From: Candidatus Bathyarchaeia archaeon
GTDB lineage: Archaea; Thermoproteota; Bathyarchaeia; Bathyarchaeales; Bathycorpusculaceae
Direction: 5' to 3'
NCBI GenBank assembly: GCA_038883795.1
Contig: JAVZLK010000012.1
Location: 1-40,023, forward strand
Length of the DNA: 40,023 nt
The notes beneath the pieces are model-generated. The model was not told the origin of the DNA and did not search any database. It saw only the letters and a program-made list of their open reading frames with translations. The stretch's first letter is position 1; each line of letters opens with the position of its first letter. This document shows positions 28,017 to 37,370 of the stretch, piece after piece. The position numbers were made by a program, and so were the translations under genes.

Positions 28017-29138
28017 TTGAAAGTTGGTGTTTATCATCCCCCCATGCGTCTCGAATCTTTTGGTGGATCAGTAGCAGTAACTATATCTGTAGTTAATGCC
28101 TTAGCAGAAAGCGGATATGATGTTGTTCTGTTCACCCGCCATGATATTAATCAAGAAAAAATATTAAAAATAATGGGTGAACCATTATCAAACCATATAA
28201 AGATTATTGTGAAGCCTTCAATTTTACGATCCAGAAATTTATTAAATCTATATGAAAATGCCATTAAGCTTTTAACACTAAAAATGAAATGCAATTTGAC
28301 AATTGATACATACTCATGTTACATTTTTCCTTGGACAGACATTGCCTACATCCACTTCCCATATATCAATAATTTCCTTTTCAAACGAAAATTCCCATAC
28401 TTAACCAAGAGAAGAGGAATTTTAAGCGACTCGATCAATATACCTTACATATTTTTTGAAAGAAACTTCGAAGAATATTATCAGAAACTACTCATTGCTA
28501 ATAGTCTCTTTACAGCAAATGCTATAAAAGAAGCGTTGGGAGTTGACGCAAGAGTGCTCTATCCTCCAATATCAACAACGTTCTTACAAGGATTTAGAAC
28601 GTATGGAAAAGCGCGGCGAGAAAATTTAGTTGTGGCCGTGGGCCGCATAACTCAGGACAAGAAACTTTGGGTGATTCCCCAAATCGCGAACATTTTACGA
28701 AGAAGGGACATTAAGTTCACTATAGTTGGATTGCTACACGACAAAAACGTATATCGAAAAATAAATACAGAAATCGAGAAATTTGGTTTATTGGGTAAGG
28801 TTAGAATTTTAACTAATGTTTCGAGGAGCGAGTTGATGGAAATTCTAGGCAAAGCAAAAGTCTATTTACACCCACCTACAATTGAACACTTTGGGATATC
28901 GATAGCTGAAGCAATGGCAATGGGCTGCATACCGGTAGTTTACAAGATCGGAGGTGCAAAAGAATTTGTCCCTGCCGAGTTTGTCTATGAAAACATTAAA
29001 GACGCTTCGGAAAAAGTTGAAAAAGCCCTTGACTCGTGGTCGATGAAAGAAGCGAGGAAAATGAACTCAATAGCGCAGAAGTTTTCAGATTCAAACTTTC
29101 GAAAGAAATTTGTTGAAATTTTTTCTGCTTATTGCTAA
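28017..29138 (+). CDS. GT4 glycosyltransferase (Alg11-like)
   Basis: YIHFP, ANSLFT, VLYPP, VGRI...K, EHFGISIAEAMAMG. Confidence 0.92.
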   Translation: MKVGVYHPPMRLESFGGSVAVTISVVNALAESGYDVVLFTRHDINQEKILKIMGEPLSNHIKIIVKPSILRSRNLLNLYENAIKLLTLKMKCNLTIDTYSCYIFPWTDIAYIHFPYINNFLFKRKFPYLTKRRGILSDSINIPYIFFERNFEEYYQKLLIANSLFTANAIKEALGVDARVLYPPISTTFLQGFRTYGKARRENLVVAVGRITQDKKLWVIPQIANILRRRDIKFTIVGLLHDKNVYRKINTEIEKFGLLGKVRILTNVSRSELMEILGKAKVYLHPPTIEHFGISIAEAMAMGCIPVVYKIGGAKEFVPAEFVYENIKDASEKVEKALDSWSMKEARKMNSIAQKFSDSNFRKKFVEIFSAYC

Positions 29139-29165
29139 CGATTTGGCATATATGGCAGTGATTGA

Positions 29166-30332
29166 ATGAAAGTGTTGATGGTTACACCATTTTATTACCC
29201 AGTGCTTGGTGGTTCGGAGACACAAATAGAAAACTTATCCTTAGAACTTAACGCCATTGGCATATCAACAGATATTATGACCTTTAGTCTAAACAAGCTC
29301 GGAAATCCTCTCCCTTTTGGAAAAACTGAAAAAATAAATGGATTGACGGTCATTAAAATACCTGCTGTCAACCCATTACCCCCAAAGTTACATCATAATA
29401 AAATTAATTTCATGGTAAACTTTATCCCCGGAAAGTTTGCGCATATCCTCGACGAATATGACGTGATACATTTTCATAACGAGACTGACCTAAGTTTCCC
29501 AGCATTTTCATATGCCATAAGCAAGCCAAAAGTGTTTCATCTTAGATGCTTAAACGTTACTTACTTTATCTTTAAAAGAAATTTCGTGTGTAGACATATG
29601 CTGAAAAACATTGCAGACATATACATTGCGCAATCAGCCTACGTTTCACGCTTACTTCTAGATTTGGGCATGCCCAAAGGTAGGATCAGGATAATTCCAA
29701 ACGGGATAGATACATCAAAATTCAAACCCGGAAACAAAGAGAGAAGTGAGAATACACTGCTGTATGTTGGGAGAATTGAAGAATATAAAGGGCTACACAT
29801 ACTCCTAAAGGCGCTCGAGTGCGTAAGCACACCAGTTAGACTTTCAATAATAGGACCATTAGTTAGAGACCCAACATACTATAAGAAAGTCTTCGATTTA
29901 ATCAACAAAATAAACGAGAAAACACGCCACAAGGTTACCTATTTAGGACCAAAGAGGCCTGAAGAAATACTGGAATACTATCAAACTGCGTCAATTGTGG
30001 TGGTGCCATCCCTAAGCGAGTCCTTTGGAAACGTGGTTTTAGAAGCCTTAGCGTGTGAAACTCCGGTAATAGCCTCAAAAGTTGGAGGAATTCCAGAAAT
30101 AATTAACACAGGTGAAAGCGGCATTTTGGTTCCACCAGGAGATTATACAAAATTGGCTGAGGCTATAGAATCATTGCTAAATGATGGACATGTAAGAGAG
30201 AAAATAGGCAAAGAAGGAAGGAGATTAATGGTAGAAAAATTCTCATTTGAATCTGTGGTTAAAAAAATTTTGGACATTTATAATGAACTCATGTGTTGTT
30301 ATGATTTAGCGGCTGGGACAACATCGAGGTGA
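29166..30332 (+). CDS. GT4 glycosyltransferase
   Basis: GGSE, IPNGID, VGRIEEYKG, ESFGNVVLEALACETP. Confidence 0.93.
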   Translation: MKVLMVTPFYYPVLGGSETQIENLSLELNAIGISTDIMTFSLNKLGNPLPFGKTEKINGLTVIKIPAVNPLPPKLHHNKINFMVNFIPGKFAHILDEYDVIHFHNETDLSFPAFSYAISKPKVFHLRCLNVTYFIFKRNFVCRHMLKNIADIYIAQSAYVSRLLLDLGMPKGRIRIIPNGIDTSKFKPGNKERSENTLLYVGRIEEYKGLHILLKALECVSTPVRLSIIGPLVRDPTYYKKVFDLINKINEKTRHKVTYLGPKRPEEILEYYQTASIVVVPSLSESFGNVVLEALACETPVIASKVGGIPEIINTGESGILVPPGDYTKLAEAIESLLNDGHVREKIGKEGRRLMVEKFSFESVVKKILDIYNELMCCYDLAAGTTSR

Positions 30333-30726
30333 AGTGCACATTATTTTTAGATCACCAATAATATTAAATATGATTTTCTCACTTAACCTCTGGATGTATG
30401 CTGCAACCTTGCTATACGGCGTGCTCAAATCAAACATGTTTCAGAAGGATAAGCCTCAACCGGTTTTTCCTCTTCCTTCTTCAACAAAACGATAATGCCG
30501 TGTCAACTTTTTCCCGTATTTAAAAATATCTACACGCAACTCTCTCACCAGCATAACTAAAGAGCATACCAAGACAAACAAACCAGCAAAAATGCCCATA
30601 AAATCACTATGAAAACCTCAACAAAAAACTGGGCAAGCAAAACCCAAACAATAACAAAATAAAAAAGCAAACCAAAACAAGCCCAGAAAACTAGAGTATA
30701 ATAAGTCCTAAAAGAAGGCTATAACT

Positions 30727-32304
30727 ATGCAAAACGCTCTAGAAATGGGTAAAAAATCCGCCACGGGGAGTTTCCAACTTTTCATGGGCGTGGCAGCCTC
30801 CACTGTAATAATGGCTATTGGGACAATAATCCTAGCTAGATTAATGACACCCGAGGAATATGGCCTATACTCCATATCTCTAATCCCATCATATATGGCG
30901 ATACTCTTTAGAGACTGGGGAATAAACTCCGCCATAACCAAATACACAGCCAGCCTAAGGGCGGAAAACAAGGAAAACGAAACCCGCAAAATAATCCTTG
31001 TCGGTCTAACATTCGAAATAACTACAGGCCTCATCTTATCATTAATTCTCATCTCACTTTCAATCTTTATCGCCTCAACAATCTTCCAAAGACCGGAATC
31101 CTCACAACTAATCGCCATAGCCTCCACAACAATACTCGCAGGATCAATAATAATCACCGCTCAATCAAGCTTCATAGGATTTGAAAGAATGGAACTAAAC
31201 AGTTTAACCAACATTTGCCAAGCCATAGCCAAAACTATAATGTCTCCAATTCTAGTTTTTATAGGTTACAGCACGCTGGGAGCGACCCTGGGATACACAG
31301 TGTCATTTGCAACCTCAGCCGTAATAAGCTTAACAATGCTATACTTTGCTATAGTCAAAAAGCTGAAGAAAGGAAACCCCCAGAAAAGAGATGAATTACA
31401 AACTCTAAAAGGAATGCTGCGTTATGGTATTCCACTATCAATAGCCTCAATTATAAGCGGCTTCCTCGTGCAATTCTATGCATTTTTAATGGCTATATAC
31501 TGCGACAACGCTATGATAGGAAACTATCAAGTAGCAACTCAGTTCGCCACATTGTTAACATTTTTCACAATACCCATATCTACTGTTTTATTTCCAGTTT
31601 TCTCAAAAATAAACCCGCAAAAAGAAAGCGAATTACTCCAAACAGTCTTCACATCCTCAGTTAAGTATTCAGCATTTATTCTCATTCCAGCCACAACAGC
31701 CGTTATGGTCTTATCCAAGCCGATGATAAGCACATTATTCGGAGAAAAATGGACTCACGCGCCTCTATTCTTAACCATTTATGTGATAAGCAATCTTTTC
31801 GCGATCTTTGGAAGCCTAAGCCTTGGGAGTTTCCTAGCTGGTATAGGCGAAACAAAGATTCAGATGAAAATAAGCCTAATAACATTAACGTTTGGCATGC
31901 CACTAGCCCTTTTACTGATACCAACTGCTGGGATAATAGGTTTAATCATAACGAGTATAACGGCTGGAATACCAGGTTTGTTCCTGGGGTTGTATTGGAT
32001 ATGGAAGCGTTACAAGATAAAAGCAGAAATTAAATCGTCAATAAAGATAATAACGGCATCACTCATCGCAGCGGTTTTCACATTTCTAGCAACAAACTTC
32101 ATTAAATATGCTACAGATTGGATAGAGCTAACAGTTGGAGGCTTAACATTCATAATAACATACTTAGTTACGGCTCCATTAATTGGCGCGATCAATAGAA
32201 CAGATGCCCAAAACCTCAAAGCGATGTTCTCCGAACTTGGAATAATCTCAAAATTATTAAACATCCCGCTTAAAACCATGGAAAAGCTGTCAAGTGCAGC
32301 TTGA
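30727..32304 (+). CDS. oligosaccharide flippase (Wzx/MOP family)
   Basis: LARLMTPEEYGLY, DWGINSAITKY, YGIPL, GNYQVA, LFPVFSK; polytopic. Confidence 0.92.
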   Translation: MQNALEMGKKSATGSFQLFMGVAASTVIMAIGTIILARLMTPEEYGLYSISLIPSYMAILFRDWGINSAITKYTASLRAENKENETRKIILVGLTFEITTGLILSLILISLSIFIASTIFQRPESSQLIAIASTTILAGSIIITAQSSFIGFERMELNSLTNICQAIAKTIMSPILVFIGYSTLGATLGYTVSFATSAVISLTMLYFAIVKKLKKGNPQKRDELQTLKGMLRYGIPLSIASIISGFLVQFYAFLMAIYCDNAMIGNYQVATQFATLLTFFTIPISTVLFPVFSKINPQKESELLQTVFTSSVKYSAFILIPATTAVMVLSKPMISTLFGEKWTHAPLFLTIYVISNLFAIFGSLSLGSFLAGIGETKIQMKISLITLTFGMPLALLLIPTAGIIGLIITSITAGIPGLFLGLYWIWKRYKIKAEIKSSIKIITASLIAAVFTFLATNFIKYATDWIELTVGGLTFIITYLVTAPLIGAINRTDAQNLKAMFSELGIISKLLNIPLKTMEKLSSAA

Positions 32305-32501
32305 AATTCTAAACATAACTAGTCAAAAACTACTTATGTCATCATTTTTCGCCAAAAAGATTGTTTATAGGAGGAAAGATAACTAAAAAGCCGATAAATA
32401 GAATCGCAGTTTTAGAAGAGTCCGACAGAAAGAAATAATACTTTGAAAGTGGTGCTTAATAACTGGGCATATTTTATTCCTTCAAATAGGACGGTAAGTG
32501 C

Positions 32502-33053
32502 ATGAAATCATCTTTAAATGCTATGATTGCCTTTACTCGACGGCGCTGGAAAGTGATACTTTTATGTGTCGTTGTTTCCTTGGCAACGTTGCTATTAAGT
32601 ACTATGGCTTCGATGTGGCTTAGTAAGTTTCACAATTTTCGCTTACCAAGTTTAGGAACTATAAGGGCAATCGGTGTTGAGGTTTACGGCGGCGATCTAG
32701 AGGGAACGCAAATCAATTGGGGGGTTGTTTATCCGGGAACTTTGACAAACCGTTCATTCTACATTAATAATAGCAAAAGTAACACGCCGGTAACTTTGAA
32801 CCTAAGACAGTCAAACTTCACACTTCTAAATTCAGAAAGAGAAAATGTTACTAGTCACCTGCCGTTATCGGCGGCGGAAGCATTTAACCTAGCATGGAAT
32901 TGCAGCGGCATTGTTTTAAATCCTAAGCAAATAATTTTTGCAACATTAACTTTAAACGTGTCAAATAGGTTAGATTTTATAGAATTTTTAGTTTATTACA
33001 ACGTGATTGAATTCAGTTTTGATATACACATCGAGGCAGAGCCTGCGGAATGA
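32502..33053 (+). CDS. exported beta-sandwich protein, paralog of 38551..39003
   Basis: N-terminal TM, LPSLGTIRAIGVEVY...INWG...PG...FYI.N...FSFDI.I. Confidence 0.7.
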   Translation: MKSSLNAMIAFTRRRWKVILLCVVVSLATLLLSTMASMWLSKFHNFRLPSLGTIRAIGVEVYGGDLEGTQINWGVVYPGTLTNRSFYINNSKSNTPVTLNLRQSNFTLLNSERENVTSHLPLSAAEAFNLAWNCSGIVLNPKQIIFATLTLNVSNRLDFIEFLVYYNVIEFSFDIHIEAEPAE

Positions 33054-33080
33054 ATTATGTTCTATAACTTTGGGGAAGTC

Positions 33081-33110
33081 TTCTATATTAGTAATCCATA
33101 GGGGTTTAAT
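33081..33110 (+). promoter_or_regulatory. conserved promoter element TTCTATA-N7-TCCATA-N4-TTTAAT
   Basis: Same spacing upstream of 33967 and 34701/34760; an extra TTCTATA lies 21 bp upstream (33060-33066). Confidence 0.7.
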
Positions 33111-33151
33111 TTTCAGAACTGAAAATTCTTAATAGAGAAAGGAGAGCGCTA

Positions 33152-33862
33152 ATGCAAAATCCTTCAAGCGCTGTTGTTTCAGTGGTTATTCCAGCTTACA
33201 ATGAAGAGAAAACCATAGGCAACGTCATTGAAGAAACTCTCCAGGTAATGGACAGCTTGGGTTTACCCTATGAAATCATTGTTGTTGATGATGGCTCAAC
33301 GGACCGCACTAAAGAGATAGCAAGCAAATATAAGGCTACAGTTTTATCTAATGGAAGGAATCAAGGAAAGGGTTACGCCCTAAGAAAGGGTTTCCAACAC
33401 GCCCAAGGCGACATAATTGTAACAATTGATGCTGACGGTTCTCATAGACCAAAGGAAATCCCAGATCTGCTTTACCCACTATTTAACGGAGCGGACATTG
33501 TAGCCGGCTCACGGTTCTTAGGCAACGGAAAAGATTACACATCCAAACTTCACATGCTTGGCAACCGCATTATCAATGTAACGATTATGGTGTTGACACG
33601 AAAACTGATAACAGACAGTCAAACAGGCTTGAGAGCCTTCAAAAAAGAGTTCCTTGAAAAGGTGAATCTGAAATCTTGCGGGTATGAGATTGAAACTGAA
33701 ATAACGGTTAAGGGGCTAAAAAACGGCTTTAAGTTTAAGGAAGTTCCAATTAGCTGTAGAAAAAGAGAGTACAATATTTCAAGGTTAAGGATAATTTCAG
33801 ACGGCCTTAAGATTCTAAAAACGATCATATCTTCTGCCGCCGAAAATAGTAATCACGGTTGA
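33152..33862 (+). CDS. GT2 dolichol-phosphate glycosyltransferase (DPM synthase-like)
   Basis: VIPAYNEE, VDDGSTD, NQGKGYAL, IDADGSH, GSRF, TDSQTGLRAF, EVPI. Confidence 0.93.
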   Translation: MQNPSSAVVSVVIPAYNEEKTIGNVIEETLQVMDSLGLPYEIIVVDDGSTDRTKEIASKYKATVLSNGRNQGKGYALRKGFQHAQGDIIVTIDADGSHRPKEIPDLLYPLFNGADIVAGSRFLGNGKDYTSKLHMLGNRIINVTIMVLTRKLITDSQTGLRAFKKEFLEKVNLKSCGYEIETEITVKGLKNGFKFKEVPISCRKREYNISRLRIISDGLKILKTIISSAAENSNHG

Positions 33863-33885
33863 ATTGTGGAAAAATATCTGAAATT

Positions 33886-33917
33886 TTCTATATTTTAATT
33901 TCATACATGTTTTTATT
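33886..33917 (+). promoter_or_regulatory. conserved promoter element TTCTATA-N7-TTCATA-N4-TTTTTATT
   Basis: TTCTATA 33886-33892, TTCATA 33900-33905, TATA-like box from 33910. Confidence 0.7.
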
Positions 33918-33966
33918 GTATAATATGCATTTTCTAGCAAGGGAGAAAACCGGGGAGAAAGACTAA

Positions 33967-34632
33967 GTGAAGACTGTTAGTAAAGTAGTCTTAGCAATAA
34001 CGGCGATGGCTGCTTTATTTCTAGTTAGTACTAGGCTTGCAAATGCAATAACGGGACCTAATATTAATTTGCCGCCAAGCCAAGTAACGGTAAAAGTGGA
34101 GTATCCAAGCAGCGCGTGTTACTATTATGTGTACCTTAGCAACGTTCCAGACGGGTACCATGTTTCGAACGGCGTTTTCCTAGGATGGTGTGTTGACGAA
34201 CATCATTACATTTATAATGGAAGAACATATTCTGCAAGGCTGTACTCCAGCTACGACGCCAATAACCCTCATCCGGATCCAGACTGGCCAAAAGTCAACT
34301 ATATTCTAAACAACAAACAAGGTTCATGGGAAGACGTGCAAGCTGCAATATGGTACTTTGTTGATGGAGGAACATGGCCATCAGACCCGGATGCACAAGC
34401 TATGATTAACGCGGCTAATGCAAACGGCGAAAATTTTGTTCCAGGACCAGGTCAAACGCTGGCAGTAATTGTATGGATTAACAGCAACACACAGGTTCCG
34501 ATAATAGAGGTTGTGGTTCCATTACAAAATGTGGTTCCGGAATACCCGTTAGGACCAATTTTTGGCGTAGCCAGCTTCTTTGCAGCGCTTGGAGTTTATA
34601 AGCGGAAACTCTGCAAAATAGATCTTTTCTAG
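33967..34632 (+). CDS. PEF/PEP-CTERM-like sorted surface protein with thioester-domain-like motifs
   Basis: Signal peptide; WCVD, VQAAIW, TQVPII; C-terminal VVPEYP, TM and KRK. Confidence 0.8.
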   Translation: MKTVSKVVLAITAMAALFLVSTRLANAITGPNINLPPSQVTVKVEYPSSACYYYVYLSNVPDGYHVSNGVFLGWCVDEHHYIYNGRTYSARLYSSYDANNPHPDPDWPKVNYILNNKQGSWEDVQAAIWYFVDGGTWPSDPDAQAMINAANANGENFVPGPGQTLAVIVWINSNTQVPIIEVVVPLQNVVPEYPLGPIFGVASFFAALGVYKRKLCKIDLF

Positions 34633-34636
34633 ATTC

Positions 34637-34668
34637 TTCTATAACTATAGTCCATATGCCTTTTTATG
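34637..34668 (+). promoter_or_regulatory. conserved promoter element TTCTATA-N7-TCCATA-N4-TTTTTATG
   Basis: TTCTATA 34637-34643, TCCATA 34651-34656, TATA-like box from 34661. Confidence 0.7.
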
Positions 34669-34759
34669 TAAGATTACAGAATTAATCTGTGTTGATAGGA
34701 ATGCTGTGGAGATTGCGCTTCTTCTCAATATTTTATGCTTTGTTTGTTAGCTTACTCTT

Positions 34760-35227
34760 ATGGCGGGTAATATGGCTTTTGCACAATGGGAGGCTATAAG
34801 TTCAGGCTACGCCGTAACCACAGATTATCATGGCATGATAGTTCCACCAGGAGCGCTAGTCACAGCCACAGCAGGAACTACAAATCCAAATATTACAAGT
34901 GTCACATTCTTATGGAAGGACCCCAACGAGACGGTTAAATACGAAATTAACGTTGCGGTCTGGAGTAACGGCTCCACGTATAACGGAAAACTCATCTATT
35001 ACGCAAATAGTTCATACATGCCGGATATTGTTGGCGACTGGGGTGTTCAGGCTCTATTTATAGGCGAAGGCGGAACAGTGAAAGCCAACCATGCCGACGT
35101 GGTCAGGATTAGAGCAACATCATTTAACGTAGTACCCGACCTTCCAGTCATTGGCACGGCTGGGGCAGCAACAACTATGCTCCTCGGATTAGGCTTGTTT
35201 ATGTATTTAAAGAAAAGACGGCCTTAA
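34760..35227 (+). CDS. PEP-CTERM-like sorted Ig-fold surface protein (signal peptide apparently out of frame from 34701)
   Basis: VTFLWKDP...GDWGVQA.F beta-sandwich; C-terminal FNVVPDLP, TM and KKRR. Confidence 0.8.
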   Translation: MAGNMAFAQWEAISSGYAVTTDYHGMIVPPGALVTATAGTTNPNITSVTFLWKDPNETVKYEINVAVWSNGSTYNGKLIYYANSSYMPDIVGDWGVQALFIGEGGTVKANHADVVRIRATSFNVVPDLPVIGTAGAATTMLLGLGLFMYLKKRRP

Positions 35228-35276
35228 CAGTTTTATGTGAAATTTTAGAACCATCTTATTTCATTAACTAGTTCCT

Positions 35277-37361
35277 TTGCTCGAACGTTTTAATATGGTG
35301 AAATTCGTGAAGAAGCTTAAACAGTATTCCTTGAAAGCTTTCACATACATAAGAACCTACTACAAGCATATTCTGGCAGTTTTCTTAATACTCTCTCTAA
35401 TTCTAATTGTTTACTGGCGTGACTTGGAAGTTTTAGTTAACGAAGTCTTAAGCACGGAAGCCCTAACCCACATAATGCTAATACCCTTTCTAGCTGGTTT
35501 CCTATTTTATCGAAAAAGGGAAATGGTTAAAGCCTCATTATCTTTAGATAAGCTTCAGAAAACACAAAAAACACGCTACATAGATGGATTTATCGGATTA
35601 AGCCTCTGCCTCATCGCTTTTCTCCTATACTGGTATGGCTCCTACACCTTCCATCCACTAGAATATCACATGCTTTCCTTGCCCATATTCACTGCAGGAA
35701 TCATCATTATACTTTTTAATCTAAAAACATTAAAAGTTTTGATATTTCCCATTTTATTCCTTCTTTTTCTGGTTCCGTTTCCGCCAGAGGTTATGTCTAC
35801 ACTTGGAGGAAGCCTTGCAAACTTTAACACACAAGCTTCATACGCGCTGCTTAAACCCTTCGGGGTTCCAGTTACGTTATCTACAGCCTACGGAGCCCCT
35901 ACGATATTATTGCAAACATCAGATGGGCATTCAACATCCTTTACCATTGACTTACCTTGCTCCGGAATCTACACATTTATAGCTTTAACAATGTTCGCCG
36001 CATTTCTATCCCTTACCGTGTTAACGTCGACTTTTAAGAAAATTTCTATATTTGTAATTGGTTTTGTCGTATTCGAAGTTTTAAACATTGTACGCATAAC
36101 AACAATTATCTTTACAGCACATTTCTTCGGCGAGGAAGTTGCCATGCTCATTTTCCACTCAATTGCTGGCTTACTCCTAACATTTGCGGGTATGCTGCTT
36201 ACACTTTTTGCGTCAGAGAAACTTTTAAAGATAAATTTTCTTTCTAAAGCGAATCTGCCTCAATGTCCAAGATGTAAATTAGCATTAAAAAAGTTGGAAG
36301 ATTTTTGTTTAAATTGTGGAAAATTTCTTAACTCGTGGAAGTGGAAGCCTTCTCAAACTTTTTGGGCTAAACTTCTTGTTCTATTGCTAGGCTGTTCAGC
36401 CGTAGTACTCAGCATAAATGCACCAGTTTTCGCCATAGCTAAAGATGAAATTAATGTTAAATCAACATGGGAAAATATAACAGACATTTTTCCGGCAATG
36501 CCCCACTACGAATTGAAGTTTCTATACAGGGACGTCAATTATGAACGGATATCCAGGCAGGACGCCTCACTGGTATATGCTTACTTTCCATCGAATTTTT
36601 CAAATCCGCCTGTATATGTTCTCATCAGTGTGGCAAATAGCATATCTAACCTTCACAACTGGGAAGTCTGCCTCATATCGTGGCAAACAGCTCAAGGAAG
36701 GTATCCGCTAGTCAAAGTACTCGACTCAAAAGACATACAGCTACTCGAAGGCCCCATCATAGCGCGATATTTGGTTTTTCAGAACACCGAGCAAAACTAC
36801 ACCCAAGTAACACTTTACTGGTATGAAAAAGCCGCGTTTAAGATAGGGACCACCGTACAACAGAAATATGTGAGAATAAGCTTGATAATTTTGACGAGAA
36901 ACCCAGCCGATTATAAACGATATGAAAAACAACTTTTAGATTTCGGCGAAGCTATAGCCCTATACTTAGAACCAATAAAAACCCACTCGCTGATTTCTTT
37001 GGGCATACCAACCCAACAAACCCTCCTTATTCTATCAATAATTTTCATAATAACGGCAAAATCGACCCAATATCTAAATGAATGGCGAAAAAGGATTAAT
37101 AACCTTAAAATTTTCAATAATTTTGCCTCTCCCAAGGACAAACTAGTATTTGGAGCAATCACAGAACTAAGCGAAGCGAAAAAAGTGGCAACTGCCGCGG
37201 ACATAAATGATGCAATCAAAATGAAAGTTGGCAAGCACCTGAAAATTGAAAGACTTGTAGAAAGATTGAATCGTTTACAAGAGTATGGTTTTGTAAAAAT
37301 GGACATAATATCAAACGATAATAAGCCCACACTTGTCTGGAAAAGTTTAGTTAACCTCTAG
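35277..37361 (+). CDS. exosortase/archaeosortase family protein fused to Zn ribbon, EpsI-like and wHTH-like domains
   Basis: H..LIPF, LLFLVPFP, IDLPCSG (Cys), LNIVRI (Arg), IFHSIAG (His); then CPRC..CLNC, TM, LHNWEVCL...LYWY (EpsI-like), TM, and terminal ADINDAI...RLNRLQEYGFV...W. Start may be ATG 35295. Confidence 0.88.
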   Translation: MLERFNMVKFVKKLKQYSLKAFTYIRTYYKHILAVFLILSLILIVYWRDLEVLVNEVLSTEALTHIMLIPFLAGFLFYRKREMVKASLSLDKLQKTQKTRYIDGFIGLSLCLIAFLLYWYGSYTFHPLEYHMLSLPIFTAGIIIILFNLKTLKVLIFPILFLLFLVPFPPEVMSTLGGSLANFNTQASYALLKPFGVPVTLSTAYGAPTILLQTSDGHSTSFTIDLPCSGIYTFIALTMFAAFLSLTVLTSTFKKISIFVIGFVVFEVLNIVRITTIIFTAHFFGEEVAMLIFHSIAGLLLTFAGMLLTLFASEKLLKINFLSKANLPQCPRCKLALKKLEDFCLNCGKFLNSWKWKPSQTFWAKLLVLLLGCSAVVLSINAPVFAIAKDEINVKSTWENITDIFPAMPHYELKFLYRDVNYERISRQDASLVYAYFPSNFSNPPVYVLISVANSISNLHNWEVCLISWQTAQGRYPLVKVLDSKDIQLLEGPIIARYLVFQNTEQNYTQVTLYWYEKAAFKIGTTVQQKYVRISLIILTRNPADYKRYEKQLLDFGEAIALYLEPIKTHSLISLGIPTQQTLLILSIIFIITAKSTQYLNEWRKRINNLKIFNNFASPKDKLVFGAITELSEAKKVATAADINDAIKMKVGKHLKIERLVERLNRLQEYGFVKMDIISNDNKPTLVWKSLVNL

Positions 37362-37370
37362 AAACCTTAA

